Part shown: in pieces, positions 7,512 through 15,273 of the stretch
Layout: every line of letters starts with the position of its first letter
Numbering within the stretch: the first letter of the stretch is position 1
The notes under the pieces: model-generated
What the model saw: only the letters and a program-made list of their open reading frames with translations
Database searches by the model: none
What the model was told of the DNA's origin: nothing
Assembly (NCBI GenBank): GCA_045863395.1
Contig: BTVJ01000125.1
Location: forward strand, 1 to 18,675
Direction: 5' to 3'
DNA from: Myxococcales bacterium
GTDB lineage: Bacteria > Myxococcota_A > UBA9042 > JABWCM01 > BTVJ01
Length of the DNA stretch: 18,675 nt
Made by a program: the position numbers and the translations under genes

Positions 7512-7754
7512 ATGGCGCGCCGCTGCCAGCTCACAGGAAAGAGCCCGCTGACGGGCTACACAGTCTCTCACGCGCACAACAAGACGAAGATGCGCCAGCT
7601 CCCGAACCTGCAGAGCAAGCGCATCTGGGTGCCCGAGCTCGGCCGCTTCGTGCGCCTGACCTTGTCCACGCGGGCGATCCGCACGGTGACCAAGCTCGGC
7701 CTGGTCCAGTATTGCCGCAAGAACCAGCTCGATCTGGCCTCCGTCCTGAAGTAG
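7512..7754 (+). CDS. rpmB: 50S ribosomal protein L28
   Basis: 80 aa. MARRCQLTGK...VSHAHNKTKMRQLPNLQSKRIWVPELGRFVRLTLSTRAIRT is a clear L28 signature. Good RBS. Confidence 0.98.
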   Translation: MARRCQLTGKSPLTGYTVSHAHNKTKMRQLPNLQSKRIWVPELGRFVRLTLSTRAIRTVTKLGLVQYCRKNQLDLASVLK

Positions 7755-7760
7755 GCGCGC

Positions 7761-7790
7761 TTTACACCCCGCGAAGCCGCGTGCTAGAAG
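7761..7790 (+). promoter_or_regulatory. Putative promoter for the beta-barrel gene pair
   Basis: TTTACA (7761-7766), an 18-nt spacer ending in TGn, then TAGAAG (7785-7790). Same layout as the rpmB promoter. Confidence 0.4.
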
Positions 7791-7840
7791 CCTGAGCAGC
7801 GCCTGCCTCTCAGCGAGGCCAGGCGCAGCGGAGGCAGAAC

Positions 7841-8584
7841 ATGGCGCGCACCGCCCGCTCCCTCGCCCTCGTCGTCCTGGTCACCGCGCTTCTCTCCACG
7901 CTCCCAGCAACCGCCCAGACCTCGTCCCTCGCCTTCGAGATCGGCCCGGGCGTCGCCATCCCCCTCGGTGACTACCTGGTGTCGGAGGGCACGAACGTCA
8001 GCGAGCGGGTGGACAGCACCGTCGGCTTCGGGGCCCAGATCAACCTGGTGCTCGACGACTGGGAGCTGCGCTACGCCTTCGCCGCGCTCCCCACGGACAG
8101 CGTGCGGACCGTGATCAAGCAGGCCTTCGCCGACCGCTTCAACGAGGCGGTCCAGAGCGCCAACCAGGCCATCGGGGCCACGCTGCTGACCCCCATCCAG
8201 GCGGGGGACGACACCTCCGGCGGCGACACGATCATCCTGCACCACATCACCTTCGGCTACCGCATCCACGCCTACCGGACCGACGTGCGGGTCTACTTCC
8301 CCGTCGGCCTCGGCCTCGCACTGACGACCGGCCCCGACTCCATGCTGTCGAGGACCCTCTACGGACTCTCCGCGAACGCGGGCATCGGCGTCGACTACGA
8401 CCTGCTCTCCTGGCTGCGCATCGGAGGCTCCGTCCGGTACATGTTCACGTTCTCCGAGAGCCTCGGGGACCTGACCCTCGCCAACGTCGTCGCCAACTTC
8501 GGCTTCAGCCAGGAGGACATCTCCACCACCTACCACCTCGGCCACTTGCTCCACATCGCCGCCAACCTGGCCGTGGCCTTCTAG
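7841..8584 (+). CDS. Outer-membrane beta-barrel protein (small, OmpA/OmpW-like)
   Basis: 247 aa. Signal peptide, alternating amphipathic strands (GIGVDYDLLSWLRIGGSVRY), C-terminal Phe, RBS GGAGG. Confidence 0.82.
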   Translation: MARTARSLALVVLVTALLSTLPATAQTSSLAFEIGPGVAIPLGDYLVSEGTNVSERVDSTVGFGAQINLVLDDWELRYAFAALPTDSVRTVIKQAFADRFNEAVQSANQAIGATLLTPIQAGDDTSGGDTIILHHITFGYRIHAYRTDVRVYFPVGLGLALTTGPDSMLSRTLYGLSANAGIGVDYDLLSWLRIGGSVRYMFTFSESLGDLTLANVVANFGFSQEDISTTYHLGHLLHIAANLAVAF

Positions 8585-8598
8585 CGGGAGGGGGACCC

Positions 8599-9417
8599 AT
8601 GCGTCGCAGCTTTGCTCCACTGGCCCTCCTGCTCCTGACTCCCACGCCAGCCCTCGCCGTCAACGTCGCGTTCGAGCTGTCTCCCGGGGTCGCGTTCCCC
8701 ATCGGGTCGTTCATCGACGACTTCCCCCTCCCCGTGGACGACGTCACCCCGTTCCTGCGCGCCTTCGGCTTCCCGGTGGTCTGGGCACCCGACGACCCGA
8801 ACTACCAGGAGACCGCCGGCGCAGTCCGCCTGGACGCCACGTCGGACCCGGGCTTCGCCATCGGCCTCGGCGTGCTCCTCGACAACTGGGAGCTCCGCTA
8901 CAACCTACAGGTCCACTCCTGGGGCGAGCTGTCCCTCAACGGCTACAATCTCCGTTTGGGGGCCCCCGTGGAGTTCCTGGACAACGTCTTCTTCGACGTG
9001 GAGGCCCCCCAGGCCCCCTTCGTGTTCAAGGACGCCGGCGACGACCTGGACCTGGCCCCGCTCATCGTGCACCGTATCACCGCGGGATACCGCTTCTACG
9101 TGCTCGACTATTGGGACATCAAGCCGTTCATCCCCGTGGCGCTCGGGTTCGTCGTCATGCACGGCGACGACTTCGACACGATCCTGGGCGGCTCCATCGA
9201 GCTGGGCCTCGGCCTGGAGTACCGCTTCGACGACCACTGGGGCCTGAGCCTCTCCTGGCGCTACATCGCGTCCATCATGGAGAACCCCGCCATCAAGGTC
9301 TCGGGGCTCGAGGGACAGGCCATTCAAGCGGGGACGGGCGGCGAGGGGCTCTTCGAGACGGCCATCGAGATCTTCCAGGCCGTCACGCTGAACGCCAACG
9401 CCATCTACCGATTCTGA
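8599..9417 (+). CDS. Outer-membrane beta-barrel protein, paralog of the upstream gene
   Basis: 272 aa. Signal peptide (PALA), GLGLEYRFDDHWGLSLSWRY strands and C-terminal YRF. Shares AFE..PGVA.P.G, LD.WELRY and H.IT.GYR with the upstream gene. Confidence 0.85.
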   Translation: MRRSFAPLALLLLTPTPALAVNVAFELSPGVAFPIGSFIDDFPLPVDDVTPFLRAFGFPVVWAPDDPNYQETAGAVRLDATSDPGFAIGLGVLLDNWELRYNLQVHSWGELSLNGYNLRLGAPVEFLDNVFFDVEAPQAPFVFKDAGDDLDLAPLIVHRITAGYRFYVLDYWDIKPFIPVALGFVVMHGDDFDTILGGSIELGLGLEYRFDDHWGLSLSWRYIASIMENPAIKVSGLEGQAIQAGTGGEGLFETAIEIFQAVTLNANAIYRF

Positions 9418-11146
9418 CGATCCCCCACAGGACGAGCCCGATCCCCCATGGGCCCCCTCCCCTCGTGCCGCACCCTCCACCCCCGCGCTCGACCTCCGGG
9501 GCAACGTCCACCACTGGCCCGCTGTCCGAACCTCCGCCCGCATCCTCGACACCCACGGGCCCCGCGTCCTCCGGCTCCGGCGGGGCCACGACCTCCACGA
9601 GGACGGCGTCCTCCAGCACGTCGATGGTCACCTCCCCCTCGGTCACCCCCACCACTGCTTCGCTCAACGTCGCCGCCACGGTCGTCCCGCCCGTGACCTG
9701 GTCGATGCTCGTCGGGTACAGTCCCGTCACACGCACCGCCTCGCCGTCGACTCCAGTTACCGTCACCCGCAGGAAGCGCCCGTCGTAGGGCGCGTCCAGC
9801 AGGTCCAGGTCCCAGTTGTACCAGGCGACCACCGTTGCGCCAGACGCCGCCTCGATTCGATAGACGCGCCTCGTCGCCGTATCCGGGAACGTGAGCACGC
9901 GCTTGATGGCGTCCGGCCCGAGATCGCTCAAGAGTGGCGCGAGTCGGGCCACCGTCGCCCACGCAGGGCGCACCAACAGCGGCGCCGTGGCCGGGTCTCC
10001 CTCCGCCAGAGCGAGGAGCCCGCCGCCCGACCAGTCCCCGTCGATCCCACCCGCGCCGTGCTCCACGGGCTCCCGCAGGAACACCCGCTCGAAGCGCCGG
10101 TTCTCGAAGCCTCCGGGCACGGAGACTGGCACCGTCTCCAACGCCTGGACCATCAGCTTGACGAGCTGCGCCGCCTGGGTGCGCTCGCTGCACCGGGGAT
10201 CCCCGCAGGGTCCCGCCCCACCCTGCGCCCCTGCCCCTACGGTCAGCCACACGGGCACGCCCCCAAGGCCCGCCTGCCCGAGCCACAGGAAGGACTCCCG
10301 GGCGTCCTCCATGACCGCGAGCGCCGCGAGCCCGGCGCCCGGGCTGTCCTGCTCCACCGAGACCGCGTCTACCAGGAGCTCCCCCGCGACGGAGGGGTCG
10401 AGCGACCCCACCCGCGCGAGGAACACGCCCTTGCTGCTCGGCGTCATCCCTCCGACCACGAGCCGCACGTCGTCCGACGCCTCCCGCATGACCCCCCGGG
10501 TGAGCTGCACCAGAGGCCCCACCTCTGCGTCCGGCGTGCCCCTGTCCCCCACCTCCCACCAGGTGACCCGGTGGGCGGTGGCCCACGCCTGCTTCTCCGC
10601 CTCCGTCGCCCCCCAGTCGGCGATGCTCACCGAGCCGTCCGCAGTGACATCCGGGTACTCCTCGCCCGGCGGCACACCGAAGTCCGTGTCACCATCGTAG
10701 CGCTCGACCAGCATGCGCACGTAGTCCTTGTAGCGCCCCTTGTCCTTGGGCAGGCGCGTGCTCGCGTCGTGGTCCCAGGCGGCCCGCGCCGAGAGCGGCA
10801 GCACGGGCTCGATGCCGCGCGCCACGAGCGCCTCCACGAACAGGTCCGCGACCAGCAGCCTGTGCTTGTTGGGCTCTGGCTCCACCGATCCCCAGGAGAA
10901 CAGGTCCGGCGGCTCCGCCCCGACCCGCACGGCGCCGAGCCCGAGGGCGACGTACAGGTCCGCGTAGCGCCCGAAGAGGCTCAGCCAGCGCGCACGCTCC
11001 GCCTCGTTGAGGCTGGTCTGGTTCTCCAGGTCATAGGGAGCCTCGGGCGGCAGCACCAGCGCCCGGGAGGCCCCCACGAGACCCGCCGCCCAGGCAGGAC
11101 CCGCGCCAAGAATCGCGACCCCCAGCAGCACCCGCAACGCAATCAT
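9383..11146 (-). CDS. Secreted clan GH-A-like (GH39/GH5-type TIM barrel) protein with MYXO-CTERM-like tail; catalytic Glu residues appear absent
   Basis: Start moved to ATG 11146 (587 aa) with a GGAGGT RBS. Signal peptide; FSWGSVEPEP, LVERYDGD, WWEVGDRG, VRLVVGG, PVWLTVG and SERTQAAQLVK motifs; C-terminal beta domain; acidic linker; GGGGCG-hydrophobic-RWRWR tail. Confidence 0.78.
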   Translation of the reverse strand: MIALRVLLGVAILGAGPAWAAGLVGASRALVLPPEAPYDLENQTSLNEAERARWLSLFGRYADLYVALGLGAVRVGAEPPDLFSWGSVEPEPNKHRLLVADLFVEALVARGIEPVLPLSARAAWDHDASTRLPKDKGRYKDYVRMLVERYDGDTDFGVPPGEEYPDVTADGSVSIADWGATEAEKQAWATAHRVTWWEVGDRGTPDAEVGPLVQLTRGVMREASDDVRLVVGGMTPSSKGVFLARVGSLDPSVAGELLVDAVSVEQDSPGAGLAALAVMEDARESFLWLGQAGLGGVPVWLTVGAGAQGGAGPCGDPRCSERTQAAQLVKLMVQALETVPVSVPGGFENRRFERVFLREPVEHGAGGIDGDWSGGGLLALAEGDPATAPLLVRPAWATVARLAPLLSDLGPDAIKRVLTFPDTATRRVYRIEAASGATVVAWYNWDLDLLDAPYDGRFLRVTVTGVDGEAVRVTGLYPTSIDQVTGGTTVAATLSEAVVGVTEGEVTIDVLEDAVLVEVVAPPEPEDAGPVGVEDAGGGSDSGPVVDVAPEVERGGGGCGTRGGGPWGIGLVLWGIVRIGRWRWRSA

Positions 11147-11268
11147 GACACCTCCCGGAGCCTCTGCGCCCGCCAGTCGACGCGTGGACGTCAGATGATA
11201 GCGGCCCCCGCCCACTCTCTCCAGGGCCGCACTTGCCCCGGCCTGCGTCCCCTGCCATGGTGGGCCCC

Positions 11269-11958
11269 ATGGACCCCCGCCCCCTGCTCGCCATCGCCCT
11301 GACCGCCTGCGCCGCGGCGCCCATCAACGCAGACCGTCTGGACCGCGCCCTGCCACCGGCGAGCTGGGAGCTGTTCCTGGACGGGCGCCCGATCACACAG
11401 AGCAGCGTCCGCGGGACCGCCGCTACGCATCGCTCCATTGCCGGCGAGGGCCGCGTGCGGGAGCTCGCCGTCGCGCGGGCCCCCCGGGGGGGCAGCGGGC
11501 CCCCGGGCCGCCTGCGTTACTCCCTCCCCGAAGGGAGGGCCCTCCCGGTGGCGCTGGGGTCGGACGTCACCATCCTGGTGCGCCCCCCGACCGCCGCGGC
11601 GACGGCGCTGCTCCTGGTGGAGGGCGAGCGCGGCCTCCGGGCGGCCGTCGCGGAGGGCAGCGCCCTACAGGGCGACGCCCTCCCCGGTGTCGCCGTCGTT
11701 GCACCAGCCCCTCAGGTGTCCTACCGGGAGTCGCGCCGCGTGGCGGGTTACTGCGAGGCGACAGTGGAGCACCGCGCAGCTCTCTTCACAACTCCCCTGG
11801 GGTCTCGCGTCACCCTCCATGCTGGAGAGCGTCGCCAGGTGGAGCTCGATGGCCTCACCTGGGAGCTCATGCTCCTCGACCACGCCGCCGCCGTCTCGAG
11901 CGGCTGCGCGGACCTCCCTCTGAACCGCTTCGCCTACTTGCTGCTCGCAGCGCCGTGA
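11269..11958 (+). CDS. Hypothetical lipoprotein
   Basis: Start probably ATG 11269 (229 aa). MDPRPLLAIALTAC lipobox, then a beta-rich body with one Cys pair. The 3' end overlaps moaB by 25 bp. Confidence 0.7.
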   Translation: MDPRPLLAIALTACAAAPINADRLDRALPPASWELFLDGRPITQSSVRGTAATHRSIAGEGRVRELAVARAPRGGSGPPGRLRYSLPEGRALPVALGSDVTILVRPPTAAATALLLVEGERGLRAAVAEGSALQGDALPGVAVVAPAPQVSYRESRRVAGYCEATVEHRAALFTTPLGSRVTLHAGERRQVELDGLTWELMLLDHAAAVSSGCADLPLNRFAYLLLAAP

Positions 11959-12479
11959 TGCCTGTGGGCCCGGCGGCCCCGCACCTCTCCGACCAGGTGC
12001 GCCACTTCAGGCAGCACCAGGCGCTCCAGCGCCAGCCTCACGGCCGCGCGGCTCCCTGGGAGGGCGAACACCACCGTCCCCGCCGCCACGCCAGCCACCG
12101 CCCGGCTCGCGTAGGCGGCCGCGCCGATCTCCTGCCAGCTCAACATGCGGAACAGCTCGCCGAACCCGGGCAGCTCCCGCTCGAGGAGCGGCGCGATGGC
12201 CTCGGGGGTGACGTCGCGAGGCCCCACCCCGGTGCCCCCAGTGACGATGATCGCGTCAACTTCGGGGTCTCGCGACCCCACCTCCACCGCGCCCCGTATG
12301 CGCTCCAGGTCGTCGGGGACGATCTGCCCCCCCACAATGGTGTGACCAGCCATGGAGCAAAGCTCCCTGATCAGGGCCCCCGATGTGTCGTCGTCGTCGG
12401 TCCGTGTATCACTGACGGTCAGCACCGCGATCCGAACGCACCGAGGCGCCGTACTCCTATGTTCTGTATGGCTCATCAT
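11934..12479 (-). CDS. moaB: Molybdenum cofactor biosynthesis protein B (MoaB/MogA family)
   Basis: [10 protein letters not shown]...[47 protein letters not shown] and FALPGS motifs. RBS AGGAGG. Confidence 0.95.
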   Translation of the reverse strand: MMSHTEHRSTAPRCVRIAVLTVSDTRTDDDDTSGALIRELCSMAGHTIVGGQIVPDDLERIRGAVEVGSRDPEVDAIIVTGGTGVGPRDVTPEAIAPLLERELPGFGELFRMLSWQEIGAAAYASRAVAGVAAGTVVFALPGSRAAVRLALERLVLPEVAHLVGEVRGRRAHRHHGAASSK

Positions 12480-12684
12480 GTCCTCCTGTCCGCTCGCTGG
12501 CCCACACGATGTGCCCCCTCCGGGCCGCGTAGCCTACCTGATCGGGCCCCACGGTCACCAGGATTCTTCGGCGGGTCCGGGCGCGCCCCGACGGGAGGTG
12601 GCGACCTCCAAGTCTTTGGGATGATTGCGATGGTGCCCTGATCGTTCCCGGCCCCCGCCACTTCAGCACGTCACTCTCGCCCAA

Positions 12685-12947
12685 TTGTAACCCACTCAGT
12701 GTATCCCAGCGCAGCCAGCCCCCCGTGTGACCGCAACCAAGCGCGGTGTTACAGGTTACAACCCCCTGGGTCGCAGCGGGGTATCTGGCATGAAGACTGC
12801 TCGTATCCATGGGCAGACACGGGAATGGGAACGAAAGTCACCACCCGGGGACCGAACGAGACACCGAAAGCGCTCAAGCGAGATGGTTACAAGGCCGATG
12901 GGCGGACCAACCTTGTAACGAGCCCACGGCGGGCAAATCCGTTACGA
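12685..12947. repeat. Cluster of TGTAAC/GTTACA-like motifs flanking a sigma54 promoter
   Basis: TGTAACC 12686-12692, TGTATCC 12700-12706, TGTGACC 12726-12732, TGTTACA 12747-12753, GGTTACA 12754-12760, GGTTACA 12885-12891, TGTAACG 12914-12920, CGTTACG 12940-12946. GTTACAAGG (12886-12894) and CCTTGTAAC (12911-12919) form a perfect 9-bp inverted repeat. Confidence 0.7.
12786..12801 (+). promoter_or_regulatory. Sigma54 (-24/-12) promoter
   Basis: TGGCATG-AAGA-CTGCT has exact GG-N10-GC spacing and closely matches TGGCACG-N4-TTGCW. It lies in a long intergenic region, oriented toward the small ORF at 12980. Confidence 0.75.
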
Positions 12948-12979
12948 TGGCGGCAACGAGCACCAGAGCAGGAGACAAG

Positions 12980-13108
12980 ATGGACAACGTGACACTCGGT
13001 GGGATCTGCATCGTCGTGAGCCTGGGCGCGTTCTTCCTGATCAACGTCCTGTCCATCCAGTCCTGGCTGACCAAGGACGACGAGGTCCTGGACGAGGCCA
13101 AGCGCTAG
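12980..13108 (+). CDS. Small single-pass membrane protein (42 aa)
   Basis: MDNVTLGGICIVVSLGAFFLINVLSIQSWLTKDDEVLDEAKR. RBS AGGAGA just upstream, nearly all codons G/C-ending, one hydrophobic segment followed by a charged tail. Confidence 0.75.
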   Translation: MDNVTLGGICIVVSLGAFFLINVLSIQSWLTKDDEVLDEAKR

Positions 13109-13123
13109 ATTCGGGATCGTCCC

Positions 13124-13154
13124 CCGGCGCTCTCCCTGCTCCGGGAGGCGCTGG
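13124..13154. terminator. GC-rich hairpin between convergent genes (possible terminator)
   Basis: CCGGCGC-T-CTCCC/loop TGCTCC/GGGAG-GCGCTGG, 15 nt after the small ORF stop. No U-tract. Confidence 0.35.
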
Positions 13155-13219
13155 ACGCGCACGGTCCGAAGGTCGACGCCCATCGGCGATCTCGGCAACC
13201 CCGCGCATCCCTCAGCCTT

Positions 13220-13957
13220 TCAAAACACCTTGACCAGCCAGCCCTCGCGGACCGCCTCTCCGTAGAGGGACTCCGACGGGTTGACCACGAGCGCGAGGCC
13301 CGTCGCCATGCGCAGCATCGGGGCGTCATTCACGCTGTTCCCGGCCGCCAGGCGAGGTGACGGGCCGATGGCCGCGCGAATGGCCTCGCACTTCCCCTCC
13401 AGGTTGGTCCGGGGCGGCAGGATGCGGCCGCTGAGGACACCCGACTCCACCGCCACCTGCATCCCAAGGACGCGCCCCCCCGGCAGACCGAGGCGGCGGA
13501 CGCCCGCGTCCACCATCCACCGGTTCGAAGCGCTGACGAACCACACGGACACGCCGGCGGTCTCCAGCTCTTGCGCCAGCGCCACCATGGGGGTGAAGGC
13601 CTGGTCGGGGACGAAGAGGTCCGCAAGGGCTTCGCAGCGCGCCACGAGCTCCTCCTCCCGCCACCCCTCGAGCAGCTCGACCACCCAGGCGTAGGCGGCC
13701 GTGTGATCCGTCTCTTGCATCGCGAGGTAGCGGTCCCACGCAGTGCGGTCCCCGGCAGGAAGCGCTCCCAGGCGCCCCTCGTCCAGGAGCGCCAGCATGA
13801 GCGCCTCGCCCACGTCGCCAGCCCACAGGGTCCCGTCCGCATCGAAGGTCGCGAAGCTGCCCGGCGGAGCCGCCTCGATTGCGCGCGTCAGCTCATCGGC
13901 GTGCAGGGGGTCCCAGCCCGCGGACTGGAGGCGATGGCGTACCTGAGTGTGTTGCAT
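13220..13957 (-). CDS. HAD-superfamily phosphatase (phosphoserine phosphatase-like, subfamily IB)
   Basis: 245 aa. Motif I FDADGT, motif II VSAS, motif III Lys (EGK), motif IV AAGNSVND. RBS GGAGGA. Confidence 0.9.
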   Translation of the reverse strand: MQHTQVRHRLQSAGWDPLHADELTRAIEAAPPGSFATFDADGTLWAGDVGEALMLALLDEGRLGALPAGDRTAWDRYLAMQETDHTAAYAWVVELLEGWREEELVARCEALADLFVPDQAFTPMVALAQELETAGVSVWFVSASNRWMVDAGVRRLGLPGGRVLGMQVAVESGVLSGRILPPRTNLEGKCEAIRAAIGPSPRLAAGNSVNDAPMLRMATGLALVVNPSESLYGEAVREGWLVKVF

Positions 13958-14196
13958 GCGGTCCTCCCGGTGTTGAGGGCTGGGAGGATATCATCGGTGC
14001 TGGGCGGTGTGGAGTGCACCTGCTGAACCACAGAACCGCGTGGTAGGGCCCCCCCTCGTGGGCAGCGGCGAGCACCTGCCGGCTCCCCGGTGGGCGTCTC
14101 GAGGAGCCTCAGCGGGTGGTCATCGCGACCTCGCCGCCGTCCCGGCGGACGTGCCACCGCGCTGATGTGTCTCTGGCCCCCTCGGGACACCAGGAC

Positions 14197-14394
14197 CTAC
14201 TCCTCTTCGCACCCCGAGAAGTTCTCGCGGTTGACGCGCCCCTGCTGGCACCGCCAGCAGGCGGCGGAGCGGCGCTCGAAGGCGTTGGCGTTCACGAAGT
14301 CGTCCAGGCACTTGAACAGGGTGATCTGCCGTCGACGGGCCTTACAGTAGAAGGAGTCCTTCAAGTTGAGCTCTCTCACCTGCGGCTGGGCCAT
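14197..14394 (-). CDS. Small Cys-motif protein (65 aa), putative metal or Fe-S binding
   Basis: C17-x11-C29-x16-C46-x2-C49 plus C62. Purine-rich RBS, G/C-ending codons and its own sigma70-type promoter. Confidence 0.8.
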   Translation of the reverse strand: MAQPQVRELNLKDSFYCKARRRQITLFKCLDDFVNANAFERRSAACWRCQQGRVNRENFSGCEEE

Positions 14395-14502
14395 CCCTCT
14401 CTCCTTCCGTTTTCGAGCGTGACCTTGTGGACTTGAGCCTGAGGTGCCACCAGTTTGGGTCGGGCGGGCCTGGAGTGAACCCGGATGCCCGCAGTCCGAG
14501 TT

Positions 14503-14531
14503 AGGCTAGCGCCGTGCGCGCGGCGCGTCAA
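14503..14531 (-). promoter_or_regulatory. Sigma70 promoter for the 65-aa Cys protein
   Basis: Minus strand: TTGACG (14531-14526)-N17-TAGCCT (14508-14503). Confidence 0.65.
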
Positions 14532-14724
14532 GCCGGCTCTCGTGACTTTTCTGTGCAGGCTCTCCCCCCGCCAAACGGGGACGCACACAGTGTCCGATCC
14601 CCGCCCCACGGTCGGGGTCGGGCGCATCGTTGGCAACATAGGGCTTCGCCCCGAGCGCGCAAGGAGCCCACTCGACTTTAGGTGAGCGCCGAGTTACGCC
14701 CGCGGCGTTCGGGCCGACGCGGTC

Positions 14725-14750
14725 AAAACAGGACAAAAGCGGTGCTTGAT
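14725..14750. promoter_or_regulatory. Candidate Rrf2/IscR-type operator
   Basis: AT-enriched AAAACAGGAC-AAAAGCG-GTGCTTGAT contains GAC-N7-GTG, one mismatch from the GAC-N7-GTC core of IscR type 1 sites. It lies about 50 nt upstream of the Rrf2 start. Confidence 0.35.
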
Positions 14751-14802
14751 CGCGGGGGCGGGGCGACGTACCATGGGGTCGGCCGAGGACCAGGGAGGAA
14801 CC

Positions 14803-15273
14803 GTGTTCAAGCTCAACCGCAAGACCGAGTATGCGCTCATTGCGATGCAGCACATCGCGGGTATCGAGGACGACGAGCCGTGTAGCGTCACGGAGCTGGC
14901 ACGGCGGTGCGACCTGCCTGCCAACCTCCTGGCGAAGGTGCTGCAAGAGCTGAAGCGGCACGGCATCCTGAAGAGCACCAAGGGGACCAACGGCGGCTAC
15001 GCCGTGTCGCGGGACCTTCACCTCGTCAATTTCCTGGAGTTTCTGGGGATCTTCGAGGAGCAGACCGGGATCGTCGAGTGCACGCGTCGCGGCCCCGTGA
15101 CCTGCGACCGCTACGATCACTGCAACGTGCGCGACCCCATGCTGGCCCTCAATGAGATGCTCATGGCGCGGCTGCGGAACCTGACCCTGCAGGACGTGCT
15201 CCACTTCGAGCATCGGCCGCACGCCGCGGAGCAGCCGCTTGCGGCAGCGCCCGTCGCGCCCGCGGGCGGGTAA
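14803..15273 (+). CDS. Rrf2-family transcriptional regulator with three Fe-S-type Cys (IscR/SufR-like)
   Basis: Start moved to GTG 14803 (156 aa) after GGGAGGAA. FKLNRKTEYAL, LAKVLQELKRHGILKSTKGTNGGY and C93-x7-C101-x5-C107. Confidence 0.92.
   Translation: MFKLNRKTEYALIAMQHIAGIEDDEPCSVTELARRCDLPANLLAKVLQELKRHGILKSTKGTNGGYAVSRDLHLVNFLEFLGIFEEQTGIVECTRRGPVTCDRYDHCNVRDPMLALNEMLMARLRNLTLQDVLHFEHRPHAAEQPLAAAPVAPAGG

Noticed and set aside
12480..12680. Moco riboswitch-like RNA upstream of moaB
   Set aside because: I could not find the characteristic conserved stems or GNRA-loop elements by eye. An Rfam/Infernal scan would be decisive.
12925..12975. GGGCAAA resembling the start of a c-di-GMP-I riboswitch
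   Set aside because: Lacks the GAAA-capped stem and the following GACGCAAAG-type element.
14109..14165. Hairpin-forming segment between the 65-aa gene and the HAD gene
   Set aside because: Pairing of this kind is expected by chance in very GC-rich DNA, and no recognisable ncRNA motif is present.
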